Source: an uncultured Gammaproteobacteria bacterium (GTDB lineage Bacteria > Patescibacteriota > Microgenomatia > JAMCZE01). From it: a stretch of DNA of 64,000 nt. Location: positions 537,984 through 601,983 of the forward strand of contig CAZXMM010000001.1 in the NCBI GenBank assembly GCA_964641255.1, given 5' to 3'. The position numbers and the translations under genes are program-made. Every line of letters begins with the position of its first letter. The stretch's first letter is position 1. Of this stretch, positions 55,019-64,000 are shown piece after piece. Under the pieces are notes generated by a model that saw only the letters and a list, made by a program, of their open reading frames with translations, ran no database searches and was not told where the DNA came from.

Positions 55019-55645
55019 TTAGACTTTAGTGGTATTGGTGTTTTTTATTTCTTTACTAAGAATCTTACCTGTGGTGTCAATCTCATAAACATACACCTCT
55101 CCAGTTGTGATCTCTAGTGAAGGAATTTGCTCTTCGGGCACATTTTCCAAAAGCTTAACTAAAGCCCGCAGTGAGTTATGAGAAGCAGTGACCAAAATGT
55201 TTTTACCTTGTTTTAAAACTGGTAAAATATGGTTCTCGTAGTACGGAGCTACTCGGTTATACACGTCTTTCAATGTTTCACCCCCAGGAATAGGACAATC
55301 CCAGCCCCGGCGCCACTTTTGAAATTGTTCCTCACCATATTGTTTCTGCACGTCCCATTTATTTTTTCCGGTGAGCTCACCGTAATTTCTCTCATTTAAA
55401 GCCAAATTTTCCTCAACGGGCAAGCTATCTTGACCGATAAGGTGTTTAATTTCATTCATAGTTTGCTGGGCCCGGATAAGCTTCGAAGTGAACCCTTGAT
55501 CAAAATGAATTCCTTTTATATTTTCGCCTGCCTTTCTGGCTTCTTCGATGCCTTGTTCCACAAGAGGTACATCCGTCCAGCCGGTCCAAAGACCTTTAAT
55601 ATTCCATTCAGACATTCCGTGGCGAACAAGAACCAGATAAGCCAT
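55019..55645 (-). CDS. gpmA: 2,3-bisphosphoglycerate-dependent phosphoglycerate mutase
   Basis: LVLVRHGMSEWNIKGLWTGWTD is the RHG catalytic motif. Confidence 0.85.
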   Translation of the reverse strand: MAYLVLVRHGMSEWNIKGLWTGWTDVPLVEQGIEEARKAGENIKGIHFDQGFTSKLIRAQQTMNEIKHLIGQDSLPVEENLALNERNYGELTGKNKWDVQKQYGEEQFQKWRRGWDCPIPGGETLKDVYNRVAPYYENHILPVLKQGKNILVTASHNSLRALVKLLENVPEEQIPSLEITTGEVYVYEIDTTGKILSKEIKNTNTTKV

Positions 55646-55646
55646 A

Positions 55647-56930
55647 TTACTTTGTCGCAGCTTTGGGATTAAATAAAGCGCTACGTCCCAAGAGTTCTTC
55701 GATTCTTAAAAGTTCATTATACTTAGCTACCCGGTCGGTGCGAGATAGCGAGCCAGTCTTGATTTGCCCTGTCGCCAGGCCGACGGCTAGGTGGGCGATA
55801 GTCGTGTCTTCAGTCTCCCCAGAACGGTGTGACATGATAGTGCTAAAGTTAGCCTCCTTGGCCATTTGTACCGCTTCTATAGTTTCTGTCAGCGTTCCTA
55901 TTTGATTGGGCTTGACTAAAATAGCGTTAGAAGCACCCTCGACAATGGCTTTTTTAAGGAAAGTGGTATTGGTAACCAAAAGGTCATCGCCGACAAGTTG
56001 TACTTTATCCCCAAGTTTAGTAGTTAATTCTTTCCAGCCGTCCCAATCAGACTCAGCCAGACCATCTTCGATAGAGATAAGAGGGTAGCGATTCGTTAAA
56101 TCGACGAGCCAGTCAATCATCCCAGTACTACTAAGTGACTGGTTCTCGGCTTTTAGATTATATTTGCCATCTTGAAAGAATTCCGAGGCGGCTACATCCA
56201 GGCCAAAGGCCACATCCACCCCTACCCTGTAATTAGCCTTCTCAACCGCCTTAATAAGAAGTTCCAACGCTTCGGCATTACCTTGTTTTACCCGGGGGGC
56301 AAATCCACCCTCGTCACCAACAGTTGTGTCATAGCCCGCTTCTTTCAGCACACTCTTTAAGTTTTGAAATATTTCCGATCCCATTTGCAGCGCCTGGGAA
56401 AAGCTTTTAGCCCCAATGGGGAGAATCATAAATTCCTGAACATCAGTAACAAAAGAGGCGTGAGCCCCTCCATTAATGATGTTCATGAGGGGCAGGGGAA
56501 GCAGGGGACTTGGGTTACCAACCAGGTTAGCCACATATTCAAACAGTTGTTTACCTTGGGTGTGAGCGGCCGCTTTGGCGCAGGCCAGTGAGACCGCCAA
56601 AATGGCATTGGCGCCTAGGTTACTTTTATTGTTCGTACCGTCAAGACTAATCAGGGCTTCGTCAATCTGTTTTTGGCCCGTAACCTCTGTGCCAATGAGC
56701 CTGGCAGCAATCTCACTATTAATATGCCCCACCGCTGTTAGTACTCCTTGGCCACCATAAACTGATTGATCGTTATCTCTTAGCTCGAGGGCTTCATGGG
56801 TACCAGTAGAAGCGCCGGAGGGAACAGCTGCTCTCCCTATTACTCCATTATCTAAAATGACGTCAGCCTCCACGGTAGGTTTACCGCGCGAGTCCAGAAT
56901 TTGTCGGCCAATTAAAGTTTTAATTTTCAT
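55647..56930 (-). CDS. eno: Enolase
   Basis: [18 protein letters not shown]...[13 protein letters not shown]. Confidence 0.95.
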   Translation of the reverse strand: MKIKTLIGRQILDSRGKPTVEADVILDNGVIGRAAVPSGASTGTHEALELRDNDQSVYGGQGVLTAVGHINSEIAARLIGTEVTGQKQIDEALISLDGTNNKSNLGANAILAVSLACAKAAAHTQGKQLFEYVANLVGNPSPLLPLPLMNIINGGAHASFVTDVQEFMILPIGAKSFSQALQMGSEIFQNLKSVLKEAGYDTTVGDEGGFAPRVKQGNAEALELLIKAVEKANYRVGVDVAFGLDVAASEFFQDGKYNLKAENQSLSSTGMIDWLVDLTNRYPLISIEDGLAESDWDGWKELTTKLGDKVQLVGDDLLVTNTTFLKKAIVEGASNAILVKPNQIGTLTETIEAVQMAKEANFSTIMSHRSGETEDTTIAHLAVGLATGQIKTGSLSRTDRVAKYNELLRIEELLGRSALFNPKAATK

Positions 56931-57532
56931 TATTGCCTAGTAGCCCTAAAGACAGTATAGGTTTTCCCTTGAGCAAGCTTAGCGCAGTTACCAAAGGTTT
57001 GAAAGAGCTGTTTTTTAAAAAAGTCCTTAAGACCCAAAATGCACACTACAGTGAGCTTACCACCGGGTTTTAGGTAGTCCTTTGAGCCAGTGATAAAAGC
57101 GATTAGCTGTTCCTTGCCCATTCGGGCAGGAATATTGGAGGCAATATTGTCAAAGTTGTTCCGGGGCACGGCGCTAAAGAGGTTACTAAGGTAGATTTCT
57201 GCGTTCACCAACTCATTGGCCACAGCGTTTCGTTTAGCAAAATCAATCGCGACAAAGTCCTTATCAACCAAATGAGTGTGTCCTTGCGCCGCCTTCTTAG
57301 CCATAGTCAAACCGATGGCTCCGTAACCACAGCCAAAATCAAGATTGTTGTCCCCCAGCCGTACCGTCAAATTGTCAATCAAAAGCCGGGTCCCCTCGTC
57401 AATTTGTTTGGGACTAAACAGTCCCCAGGTACTTTGAAAAGTGAAAGGATAACCACCCACAACATCGCTAAAAACTATTGTCTCTGAAGAAGAATTAACT
57501 GGTATCATCTGCCTATATTGTAACATTTGCAA
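56930..57532 (-). CDS. Class I SAM-dependent methyltransferase (small-domain, RsmC/RlmG-like)
   Basis: Motif [20 protein letters not shown]...NIPAR region. Confidence 0.6.
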   Translation of the reverse strand: MQMLQYRQMIPVNSSSETIVFSDVVGGYPFTFQSTWGLFSPKQIDEGTRLLIDNLTVRLGDNNLDFGCGYGAIGLTMAKKAAQGHTHLVDKDFVAIDFAKRNAVANELVNAEIYLSNLFSAVPRNNFDNIASNIPARMGKEQLIAFITGSKDYLKPGGKLTVVCILGLKDFFKKQLFQTFGNCAKLAQGKTYTVFRATRQ

Positions 57533-57562
57533 TATTTTTCTTATGCACTAAGATGGTAGGTA

Positions 57563-59524
57563 ATGATCAAAACCCTCCTGGTAGTAACGGTAATTTTACT
57601 GGTTTTTGGTTTCGCCACTCTGGCCCTCTACTTCCTATTTCCTTCGCGACTTGCCTGGCCACCTCAGCGGGACCAGTCAGTTAACAATTTAATTACTGAT
57701 TCTGAAGTAAGTGAGACCCAGAGCGAAGAGGGTCAAGAAGTAAAGTTCTCTGGCACCCTAACGCTCCTTGACAATGACCTGGGTCTAATTGTTCCCACCG
57801 AGGACTACGCTCTTAACAATCTTGGGGCTAAGGTGGTCTATTACTCTGCCGGCACTTACCAAAATACAGCGTACCGAGGTTACACCCGCTATTTAGCTGT
57901 CCGTGAGGCAGTTGATCCCAGCGGCCCCAAGGTCTTTATTTTTGCTTCTAAGGATCAAAAAACTTATGTAGCTGATAGTGCCGGTTACGATGATTATTCG
58001 CGGGAGCTGGAGAGTAGCAAGATAAGTAAGGCTGCTGCTCTTCCTAGTGCTCAACCCAAAATCCTAGACTTGAGTGAGAAGTTTAGTTTGTACCGCAAAG
58101 GCCTCAAAATTATTTCTCAGCCGACCGGGAAGAAAGACCAGTATGGTAATAATGAAACTGAGTCGGTGTTGCCTCGGCAAACCGCCACTTATCTTCCGCT
58201 CGCCCTACCGAGTGGTACCTCTAGTTTAGGTTTGAAATTGTTTTTTGAACCTTGGACGCCGAGTCCCTTTTTGGACAAAATGGCTTCCGAGCAAAAGGCA
58301 CTGGAACAAATTAAATCCGATTTCTTTGCTACCACCACAGAAATCCTGGCTGTGGATTCGGTGGGCCTAGTCATGGAATACGATTTAGTCAACCAGCCAA
58401 CGGTGGCTGCCTACGAGCCGGCCTTGAAAATTTTCAATGAACAGTACCAGACCTACCAACAGGCAGTGAAGCGTTGGAAGACTGGCGAAAAATATCCCCC
58501 CTACCCAGAGGTTCCCCAACGACCCAGTTTGGCCCTAAAGAAAGAGCAAATTGTCGGCCCGGTGGGCTATATCAACTACAGTGTCGCTTTCCCCGCGGCT
58601 TGTTCGCAAGAGGTGAGTACGGTGGTAGTTAAAAATATTGCCGAGGCAGATTTACAATCTTTAGGCACTTCACCCAACGGCGAACTACTTAGGCTGGTTA
58701 ATCCCAATCACCCCCTTTACCACTTGGAATATGCCATTAAAACGGCTGACAAAATTGGGTTTGCAGACATGAATAAGGTGGCTATACCCACCTTTAGTGA
58801 GTATGTGGCCAAATACCCTCTGCTATTTTTTCGTGATCCCTGGGATCGGTTAGTGGTACTGGGCGAATACGACTTTAAACTGGCCGGCGGTTGCGGTAAA
58901 CCGGTACTTTACTTTTATCCACCCAAAACCACCGATATTACGGTCAATTTTACTGCCCCAGTGGATTTAACCCTAGCCATTCCCAACTATCAGGGGGGCT
59001 GGTTTGTAAGAGCCACCCCGGAGGGAACCCTTACCGATTTACAGCCAGAGTACACCGTTTGTAGTGATATTAAGAGCGACCGTGCTGGCTCAGAGTATGC
59101 TAAGCAGGCTTGCCAGACTAACACCTACCCCTATATCTATTGGGAGGGTAACGGGAAAAAGGGCCAGTATCCCGAGCCCAGCTCTGGCTGGATTGTCGCC
59201 GCCGCTGATTTGCCGGACTTTCTAGATAGAAGACTTAGTGAGGTTGGGCTAACTACCAAGGAAAGGGCGGACATGCTCTCTTACTGGCTACCCAGGATGG
59301 CGGCGGAGGCAGTGCCGTTTTATCGCGTGGCATTTTTACAGACCCGGGAAATGAATCAGATCGCGCCCCTGACTATTAATCCCCAACCAGATAGTTTTTA
59401 CCGCCTGTTTCTAGACTATTTACCACTAGTAGCTAAACCTATTTTGAAGCTTTCACCCCAGAAACTAGAGCCAATTGTCAGGCGGGGCTTTACCGTAGTA
59501 GAGTGGGGGGGACTAAAACGCTAG
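57563..59524 (+). CDS. Hypothetical large exported protein of 653 aa, N-terminally anchored
   Basis: N-terminal TM LLVVTVILLVFGFATLALYF, then a long hydrophilic domain with scattered Cys. No identifiable domain. Confidence 0.35.
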   Translation: MIKTLLVVTVILLVFGFATLALYFLFPSRLAWPPQRDQSVNNLITDSEVSETQSEEGQEVKFSGTLTLLDNDLGLIVPTEDYALNNLGAKVVYYSAGTYQNTAYRGYTRYLAVREAVDPSGPKVFIFASKDQKTYVADSAGYDDYSRELESSKISKAAALPSAQPKILDLSEKFSLYRKGLKIISQPTGKKDQYGNNETESVLPRQTATYLPLALPSGTSSLGLKLFFEPWTPSPFLDKMASEQKALEQIKSDFFATTTEILAVDSVGLVMEYDLVNQPTVAAYEPALKIFNEQYQTYQQAVKRWKTGEKYPPYPEVPQRPSLALKKEQIVGPVGYINYSVAFPAACSQEVSTVVVKNIAEADLQSLGTSPNGELLRLVNPNHPLYHLEYAIKTADKIGFADMNKVAIPTFSEYVAKYPLLFFRDPWDRLVVLGEYDFKLAGGCGKPVLYFYPPKTTDITVNFTAPVDLTLAIPNYQGGWFVRATPEGTLTDLQPEYTVCSDIKSDRAGSEYAKQACQTNTYPYIYWEGNGKKGQYPEPSSGWIVAAADLPDFLDRRLSEVGLTTKERADMLSYWLPRMAAEAVPFYRVAFLQTREMNQIAPLTINPQPDSFYRLFLDYLPLVAKPILKLSPQKLEPIVRRGFTVVEWGGLKR

Positions 59525-59529
59525 CAAGA

Positions 59530-60051
59530 CTAGTAACTTAGTTGTTGATAACCCAATAGACTAAGTTTGTCTGCCAAATCGGCAAATTTTTTCCCGGCAA
59601 TTTTTCCTCCCGCTAACCACTCAAATTCGCTGCCGGTAATCTCTGCTCCACAAAAATCGGGAGGAATAAACCCGGCTGCTTCCTCTGTTGAGGCAAACTC
59701 TACTTCTAAAATCCCCAGGCCATAAAGATCACCCGTCCAGAGATCCAGTTCCGCTTCTAAGTTTCCTAAGGGGAGATAATAGCGGGTTTTGGTCTGACCT
59801 AAAGAGTCCAGCTTGGCTAAAGCGTCGTATTCAACGACTGACAGGGTAATTGTTTCTTCGGTCATCTCTGTCCCATTACCACCGGCTTTGGGTCGTTTTT
59901 TGGTCAGTTCCCGCTCCTCCCCCCTGCGCCGCAATCTAAGACTCGGGTGCTCCTCACCAGTTAAAATCATGCGGTCTTCAATGGTGAGACTATGCAGTCC
60001 ACCCAGATCGGGGAGTGATTTTAAAAGGAACCGGCGCTCAATTTCTAACAT
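59530..60051 (-). CDS. CYTH-domain protein (CyaB/thiamine triphosphatase-like)
   Basis: MLEIERRFLLK is the EIERKFL N-terminal signature of CYTH, with acidic clusters downstream. Confidence 0.6.
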   Translation of the reverse strand: MLEIERRFLLKSLPDLGGLHSLTIEDRMILTGEEHPSLRLRRRGEERELTKKRPKAGGNGTEMTEETITLSVVEYDALAKLDSLGQTKTRYYLPLGNLEAELDLWTGDLYGLGILEVEFASTEEAAGFIPPDFCGAEITGSEFEWLAGGKIAGKKFADLADKLSLLGYQQLSY

Positions 60052-60060
60052 TATAGTTAT

Positions 60061-60375
60061 TTAGTTGTTAAAAAACTGGGAGCCATCTAGCGTTAGACGT
60101 GGCCGGACAACGGCAAATTGATCTGCTACAACACCATCGAGTGATCTAACCTCAGCTGCGACCACTGCACAGTCCCTATTGCAATATACGCTCAAAGGGC
60201 AACGGTGATTGGTTTTTCCGGCCCTTCCATTTAGACAAAAAACAGCATCTCCAATAGTGGGGCGTAGTCGACCCACAGCGGAAACCCTCAGCTTAGTAGA
60301 TTCGCAAGTAACTAAATATTCGCCAGTTTTCACATCCAAAATTATAGAGCGAGGGAGACAAGTTGCAAGATGCAA
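60061..60375 (-). CDS. Hypothetical Cys-rich small protein. May be spurious.
   Basis: 104-aa ORF with 6 Cys, upstream of the CYTH gene on the same strand. Overlaps the start of the plus-strand hydrolase gene by 13 nt. Confidence 0.2.
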   Translation of the reverse strand: MHLATCLPRSIILDVKTGEYLVTCESTKLRVSAVGRLRPTIGDAVFCLNGRAGKTNHRCPLSVYCNRDCAVVAAEVRSLDGVVADQFAVVRPRLTLDGSQFFNN

Positions 60376-61319
60376 TTTCCACTATAATGGGAGCTCTTAT
60401 GACTAAGCTGGGGTTACTAGTTATAGTTCTTTGCGTTTTGTCTCTAGGTTTAGTGGCGGTCGCCATGATCAGGGCCTTTATCTTGCCGCTACTTCCTACC
60501 TCTGCCTCCCCAGTGAGGACTGTTCCCACGGCCGTCAGTGTGGTTCCAACTAAAAACGTTGCCAAGACTGGGCTAGCAGAACTAGTGACTAAGGCTCTTG
60601 CGGGGAGTAAAGGCACTTACGCGGTAGTCGTGATTAATTTACGAACAGGAGAAAGCTACCGCCTCAACGAGGAGCGGGTCTTCGAATCTGCCAGCCTCTA
60701 TAAACTGTGGGTCATGGCCACGGCCTTTAAGCAAATTGAGGCGGGCAGTCTAAAGAGAGACGAGGTCTTAACTGATTCCATCGCTCAGCTGAACCGCGAC
60801 TTTGATATTGCCTCGGAGTCGGCTGAACTAACTAGTGGGGGAATTTCTCTAACGACCAAGACGGCGCTGGAACAAATGATTACCATTTCTCATAACTACG
60901 CTGCCATGCTGCTCTCAAAGCGGGTAAAGCTGTCTCAGGTCAGCGCGTTTTTAGCTGCCCATAATTACACCCATTCGGCTCTTGGGACCCCGCCCAAGAC
61001 TACCGCCGCAGATATGGCTCAGTTTTTAGCTGATTTGTACCACGGCAAATTAGGTAGTGAAAGTAGCACGCACGATATGCTGGCGCTCCTGAAGCGCCAA
61101 CAGTTAAACAATAAATTGCCACTCTATTTGCCCCCTGAAGTACAAATGGCTCATAAGACTGGGGAACTAGACCGAGTGACCCACGACGCGGGAATTGTCT
61201 TTTCTAACCAGGGAGACTTCATTATTGTCGTTTTGTCAGAAAGTGACTCTCCTGTAGGAGCCGAAGAGCGGATAGCTCAAATCAGCAAGGTAGTCTACGA
61301 CTACTTTTTAGTTAAATAG
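60363..61319 (+). CDS. Class A beta-lactamase-like serine hydrolase (PBP-like)
   Basis: N-terminal anchor. Motifs SLYK (SxxK), SHN (SxN) and HKTG (KTG). Confidence 0.7.
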   Translation: MQDAISTIMGALMTKLGLLVIVLCVLSLGLVAVAMIRAFILPLLPTSASPVRTVPTAVSVVPTKNVAKTGLAELVTKALAGSKGTYAVVVINLRTGESYRLNEERVFESASLYKLWVMATAFKQIEAGSLKRDEVLTDSIAQLNRDFDIASESAELTSGGISLTTKTALEQMITISHNYAAMLLSKRVKLSQVSAFLAAHNYTHSALGTPPKTTAADMAQFLADLYHGKLGSESSTHDMLALLKRQQLNNKLPLYLPPEVQMAHKTGELDRVTHDAGIVFSNQGDFIIVVLSESDSPVGAEERIAQISKVVYDYFLVK

Positions 61320-62395
61320 GTGATGAGGACTACAAGGGCGTACAACAGACCCAGCAATCCCGCATTAATGAGGATGTTTTGCCACAGTGGGGTGTAACTA
61401 GGCAAGATCAGATTGATGGGAAAGATCAACAGAGCGTGTAGTCCGTAGGCAAGCAGCGAATTGGCGCCGAATGTTTTAAAAAAGCCTTTTGACCAAGCGT
61501 TAATTTTTTGCTCGTGCCTTCGTACCCAGTAGTAGAGGGCACTAAACCAGAGCAGGGCTAAAAGAGCCCGCCCCGGCCCCAGTTTCCCTTTGTCAAAAAC
61601 ACTCACTAGTAGCTCTTTGTGCCAATAGCTTAGGTCTTTTAAAGCGCTAAGATTAGCCTGGCTTAAAAAATCAAGGTGCCAGTTAAGATCAAGAAGGGCC
61701 TTTACTCCAAAGACCATAACTACACTGAGGAAAAGTGTTAGGAGTGAAAGAGTGTACAGCCAGGTAACGTACGTAGGGCGCAGTTTTTTTTCTAGCTGCA
61801 AGAGATAATAGCCACCCGTAATACCAAAAGTAAAAAGCAGTTGCCAAGAGAGATAAAAATTGTCTTGTCTTAGTAGCCAGACACCACTTGTGGCGAGAAT
61901 TACTAGCCACCAGCGGCGTTTGGCGAGGAGCCAAAGAGCTAGGGGGGCAAAGAGCATAAAGATAGCATAGTAAGGCAGGAAGTCGGCCCAGCCGTAGGTA
62001 TAGCGCAAACTGAGAGTGTCTATAAGTAGCCGCAGGGGATCACTAAGAGAAAGCCAGTTTTGTTTGATTTTTAAGGAGGGAGTAAGATTGGCCCAGATTG
62101 TAAAAAAAAGTGTTAGAGCCACTGCCCAAAAATAAAGAGTGGCGGCCCGTTTCCACAGTTTGGTGGCCACTGCCCAAAAATGAGTTTTTACTGCCTCCCG
62201 GTAAATAAAGCCTACGAGTACTCCGGAAATCAGAAAAAACCCTTCAGCCGCCGACACCCAGAGCTTGCCCTGGCCACTAAAAATATCGAAAAAACCCGGA
62301 AAGCGGTAAATATGATCGACTAAAACGACACACAAAAAATAGCCGCGCAATAGATCCAAAGCTAGTATTCGCTGCGATTGTGGTTTAGTCTCCAT
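61301..62395 (-). CDS. Acyltransferase 3 (OpgC-like) family membrane protein
   Basis: ILALDLLRGYFLCVVLVDH at the N-terminus. About 10 TM segments. Confidence 0.6.
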   Translation of the reverse strand: METKPQSQRILALDLLRGYFLCVVLVDHIYRFPGFFDIFSGQGKLWVSAAEGFFLISGVLVGFIYREAVKTHFWAVATKLWKRAATLYFWAVALTLFFTIWANLTPSLKIKQNWLSLSDPLRLLIDTLSLRYTYGWADFLPYYAIFMLFAPLALWLLAKRRWWLVILATSGVWLLRQDNFYLSWQLLFTFGITGGYYLLQLEKKLRPTYVTWLYTLSLLTLFLSVVMVFGVKALLDLNWHLDFLSQANLSALKDLSYWHKELLVSVFDKGKLGPGRALLALLWFSALYYWVRRHEQKINAWSKGFFKTFGANSLLAYGLHALLIFPINLILPSYTPLWQNILINAGLLGLLYALVVLITYLTKK

Positions 62396-62398
62396 CGC

Positions 62399-63640
62399 TT
62401 AGTTAGCAAATGTCAGAGCAATCCCTTTTTTGTCGGCGCGACCAGTGCGACCAATGCGGTGCACATAGTCTTCATAAGTAGCGGGTAGTTCGTAGTTAAT
62501 GACGTGACTGACGCTGGGAATGTCAATTCCCCTAGAAGCGACGTCGGTAGCGAGTAAAATTTTAATTTGGCCGCTTTTAAAATCATTTAAAATCCTCTGC
62601 CTTTGGTTTTGATTCTTATTACCATGGATAGCGCCAGCCCGAAAACCCCGTTTAACTAAGTCCTCGCTAAGTTTTTGTACCGCCCATTTGGTGCGACCAA
62701 AAATTAACACTCGGTCGAAACCATCACTGGCCAAAAGGTCGTGGAGGGTATCGATTTTAGTTTTACCAGGAGTTAGGCGAATAACATCTTGGGTAATCGT
62801 TTGGCTACCGACTGACTGTTTAACAGTCACAGTAACGGCACTATGAACAAAATCTCTTAGAATATCCGCCACTTTACCAGAGATAGTGGCGGAGAAAAAT
62901 AGTGACTGCCGCTCTTTGGGCAAAAAGGACAAAAAGTACTTAATTTCATTGATAAAGCCAATATCGACCATCCGGTCGGCTTCATCTAAAACCACGTTTC
63001 TAAATTGCCCCAGATAAAGCTGTTTCTCCTGGGCCAAATCTTTGAGTCGGCCAGGAGTACCGATCACAAAATTGGGGTTACGCCGAAGGTCCATCCGCTG
63101 CCGGCCCATGCTTAGGCCGCCAATGCAGACCGCGGCCGTCAGATTTAAGCCCTTAGTAAACGAGCGAAATTCGTCAAAGATTTGCGTCGCCAATTCTCGG
63201 GTGGGAGTAATGATTAGGACCTTTTCGGCACGATTTTTTAACACTTTGTTAATTAGTGGCAGTAAAAAGGCGGCCGTTTTGCCGGTTCCAGTGCTCGCCA
63301 CTCCAATAACGTCTTGACCATTTAAAGCTAAGGGGATAGCCTGGTCTTGAACAGGAGTTGGCAGTTCGTAGCCTTTGGCAACAATATTGGCTTGGAGTTC
63401 GGGGACGAGAGCAAAGTCACTAAAGCGGTGGGTGGGGGTAAAAGCCACTTCCTCGCTGGCTACTAACCGCTGTTGCATATCACGATTGCCCTCAATGATC
63501 CGAATAATATCAATGTTGGGGGCAGCTGGACCCCGACGGCCGCCAAACCTAGGGCCAAATTTGCGGTAGCTACCCCCTCCCCGAATGGAGAATTGGGCAC
63601 TGCGGCGAAAATTTGGGTGGGATTGATACATAGTAAACAA
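62399..63640 (-). CDS. DEAD-box ATP-dependent RNA helicase with an RGG-rich N-terminus
   Basis: Q-motif PTPVQ, Walker A ASTGTGKT, DEAD in VLDEADRM, SAT, HRIGRTGRA. The N-terminus is GGGSYRKFGPRFGGRRG. Confidence 0.9.
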   Translation of the reverse strand: MFTMYQSHPNFRRSAQFSIRGGGSYRKFGPRFGGRRGPAAPNIDIIRIIEGNRDMQQRLVASEEVAFTPTHRFSDFALVPELQANIVAKGYELPTPVQDQAIPLALNGQDVIGVASTGTGKTAAFLLPLINKVLKNRAEKVLIITPTRELATQIFDEFRSFTKGLNLTAAVCIGGLSMGRQRMDLRRNPNFVIGTPGRLKDLAQEKQLYLGQFRNVVLDEADRMVDIGFINEIKYFLSFLPKERQSLFFSATISGKVADILRDFVHSAVTVTVKQSVGSQTITQDVIRLTPGKTKIDTLHDLLASDGFDRVLIFGRTKWAVQKLSEDLVKRGFRAGAIHGNKNQNQRQRILNDFKSGQIKILLATDVASRGIDIPSVSHVINYELPATYEDYVHRIGRTGRADKKGIALTFAN

Positions 63641-63802
63641 ATAGCAAAATTAGTTCCAACGGCAAGAATCTCTCAAAATTTAAAAAAATAGAACTAGTGT
63701 AAAGATTTGCAAATGGAGCTTAAAAAAGAAGAGTTTGTGGCAATTCAACTTAAGCTGTTCTATTGGAACCACATGGAGTGTACCACACTCCACTTGCAAT
63801 TG

Positions 63803-64000
63803 CTAGTTCAAAATTCCCAGTGCCTTGACCTGAGTGGAGAGATAGTTTTTAATATCTGCTGGAGACGTGGGTTGGCCAACAAAGTCAATGGTAAAGTCAG
63901 TGATATCGTCAAAATAGACAAGTTGTTGCAGAAACAGGCGTGCCGAGAATTCTGCTCCACGGCGCTTTTCTGTAATCTCAAGTAATTCCGTTAGGCTCAC
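63803..64000 (-). CDS. Partial hypothetical CDS. C-terminal 65 codons. Continues beyond the window end.
   Basis: The frame is open to the window edge. The GTG at 64000 is probably not the true start. Confidence 0.25.
   Translation of the reverse strand: MSLTELLEITEKRRGAEFSARLFLQQLVYFDDITDFTIDFVGQPTSPADIKNYLSTQVKALGILN

Noticed and set aside
63707-63985. 92-aa plus-strand ORF
   Set aside because: It overlaps the better-supported partial minus-strand frame, has no motifs, and lies in the helicase upstream region. Likely spurious.
1-64000. Search for CRISPR arrays, rRNA genes, integrases, transposases and IS inverted repeats
   Set aside because: No direct-repeat/spacer periodicity, rRNA-like conserved blocks or recombinase motifs were seen anywhere in the window.

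Overview
Most of this 64-kb window is housekeeping genes on a compact, roughly 45-50% GC chromosome. Gene content suggests a Candidate Phyla Radiation / Patescibacteria-like or other small-genome Gram-positive-type bacterium. That lineage call is inference from gene content only.

From 5' to 3' the window contains:
- A cell-envelope glycosylation cluster: two divergent GT-C membrane glycosyltransferases, a GT2 and an O-antigen-ligase-like protein.
- tRNA-Thr, followed by a fusion of an HD-domain phosphohydrolase to a SAM methyltransferase.
- A three-gene flavin module: an exported FMN-binding protein, ApbE, and a membrane-anchored FNR-type reductase.
- A YcaQ-like protein, a secreted thermonuclease, and an AT-rich islet of about 1.7 kb around tRNA-Gly. 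The islet is flanked by degenerate tRNA-Gly fragments.
- A surface cluster: two LysM proteins, an anchored protein and a sortase.
- tRNA-Asp, PolX, LemA/HtpX, MurT/GatD, gatCAB, a degenerate stand-alone GGDEF protein, dnaE, rplS, NUDIX, and tRNA-Lys/tRNA-Glu.
- A second HD protein, two orphan ORFs, a HAD hydrolase, typA, a NYN nuclease, a GH5-like hydrolase, an HExxH peptidase, a putative holA, a PEP-utilising enzyme, rsmI and DedA.
- An alpha/beta hydrolase split by a poly-T frameshift.
- lexA transcribed divergently from a near-contiguous uvrB / small ORF / uvrA / transglutaminase-like / short-uvrC cluster.
- An ABC-2 transporter (two permeases plus ATPase), a DUF360 holin-like protein, secG, a peptide-SBP-like protein, gpmA, eno, a small methyltransferase, a large orphan exported protein, a CYTH protein, a class A beta-lactamase-like hydrolase, an acyltransferase-3 membrane protein and a DEAD-box helicase.

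No rRNA, CRISPR array, integrase or transposase was seen.

The most interesting candidates are:
- The flavinylation-dependent transmembrane electron-transfer module at 7290-10140.
- The tRNA-Gly islet with fragment repeats at 12000-13950.
- A recurring ATAGCG / CGTTTC motif in the lexA and uvr promoter regions.
- The truncated UvrC.
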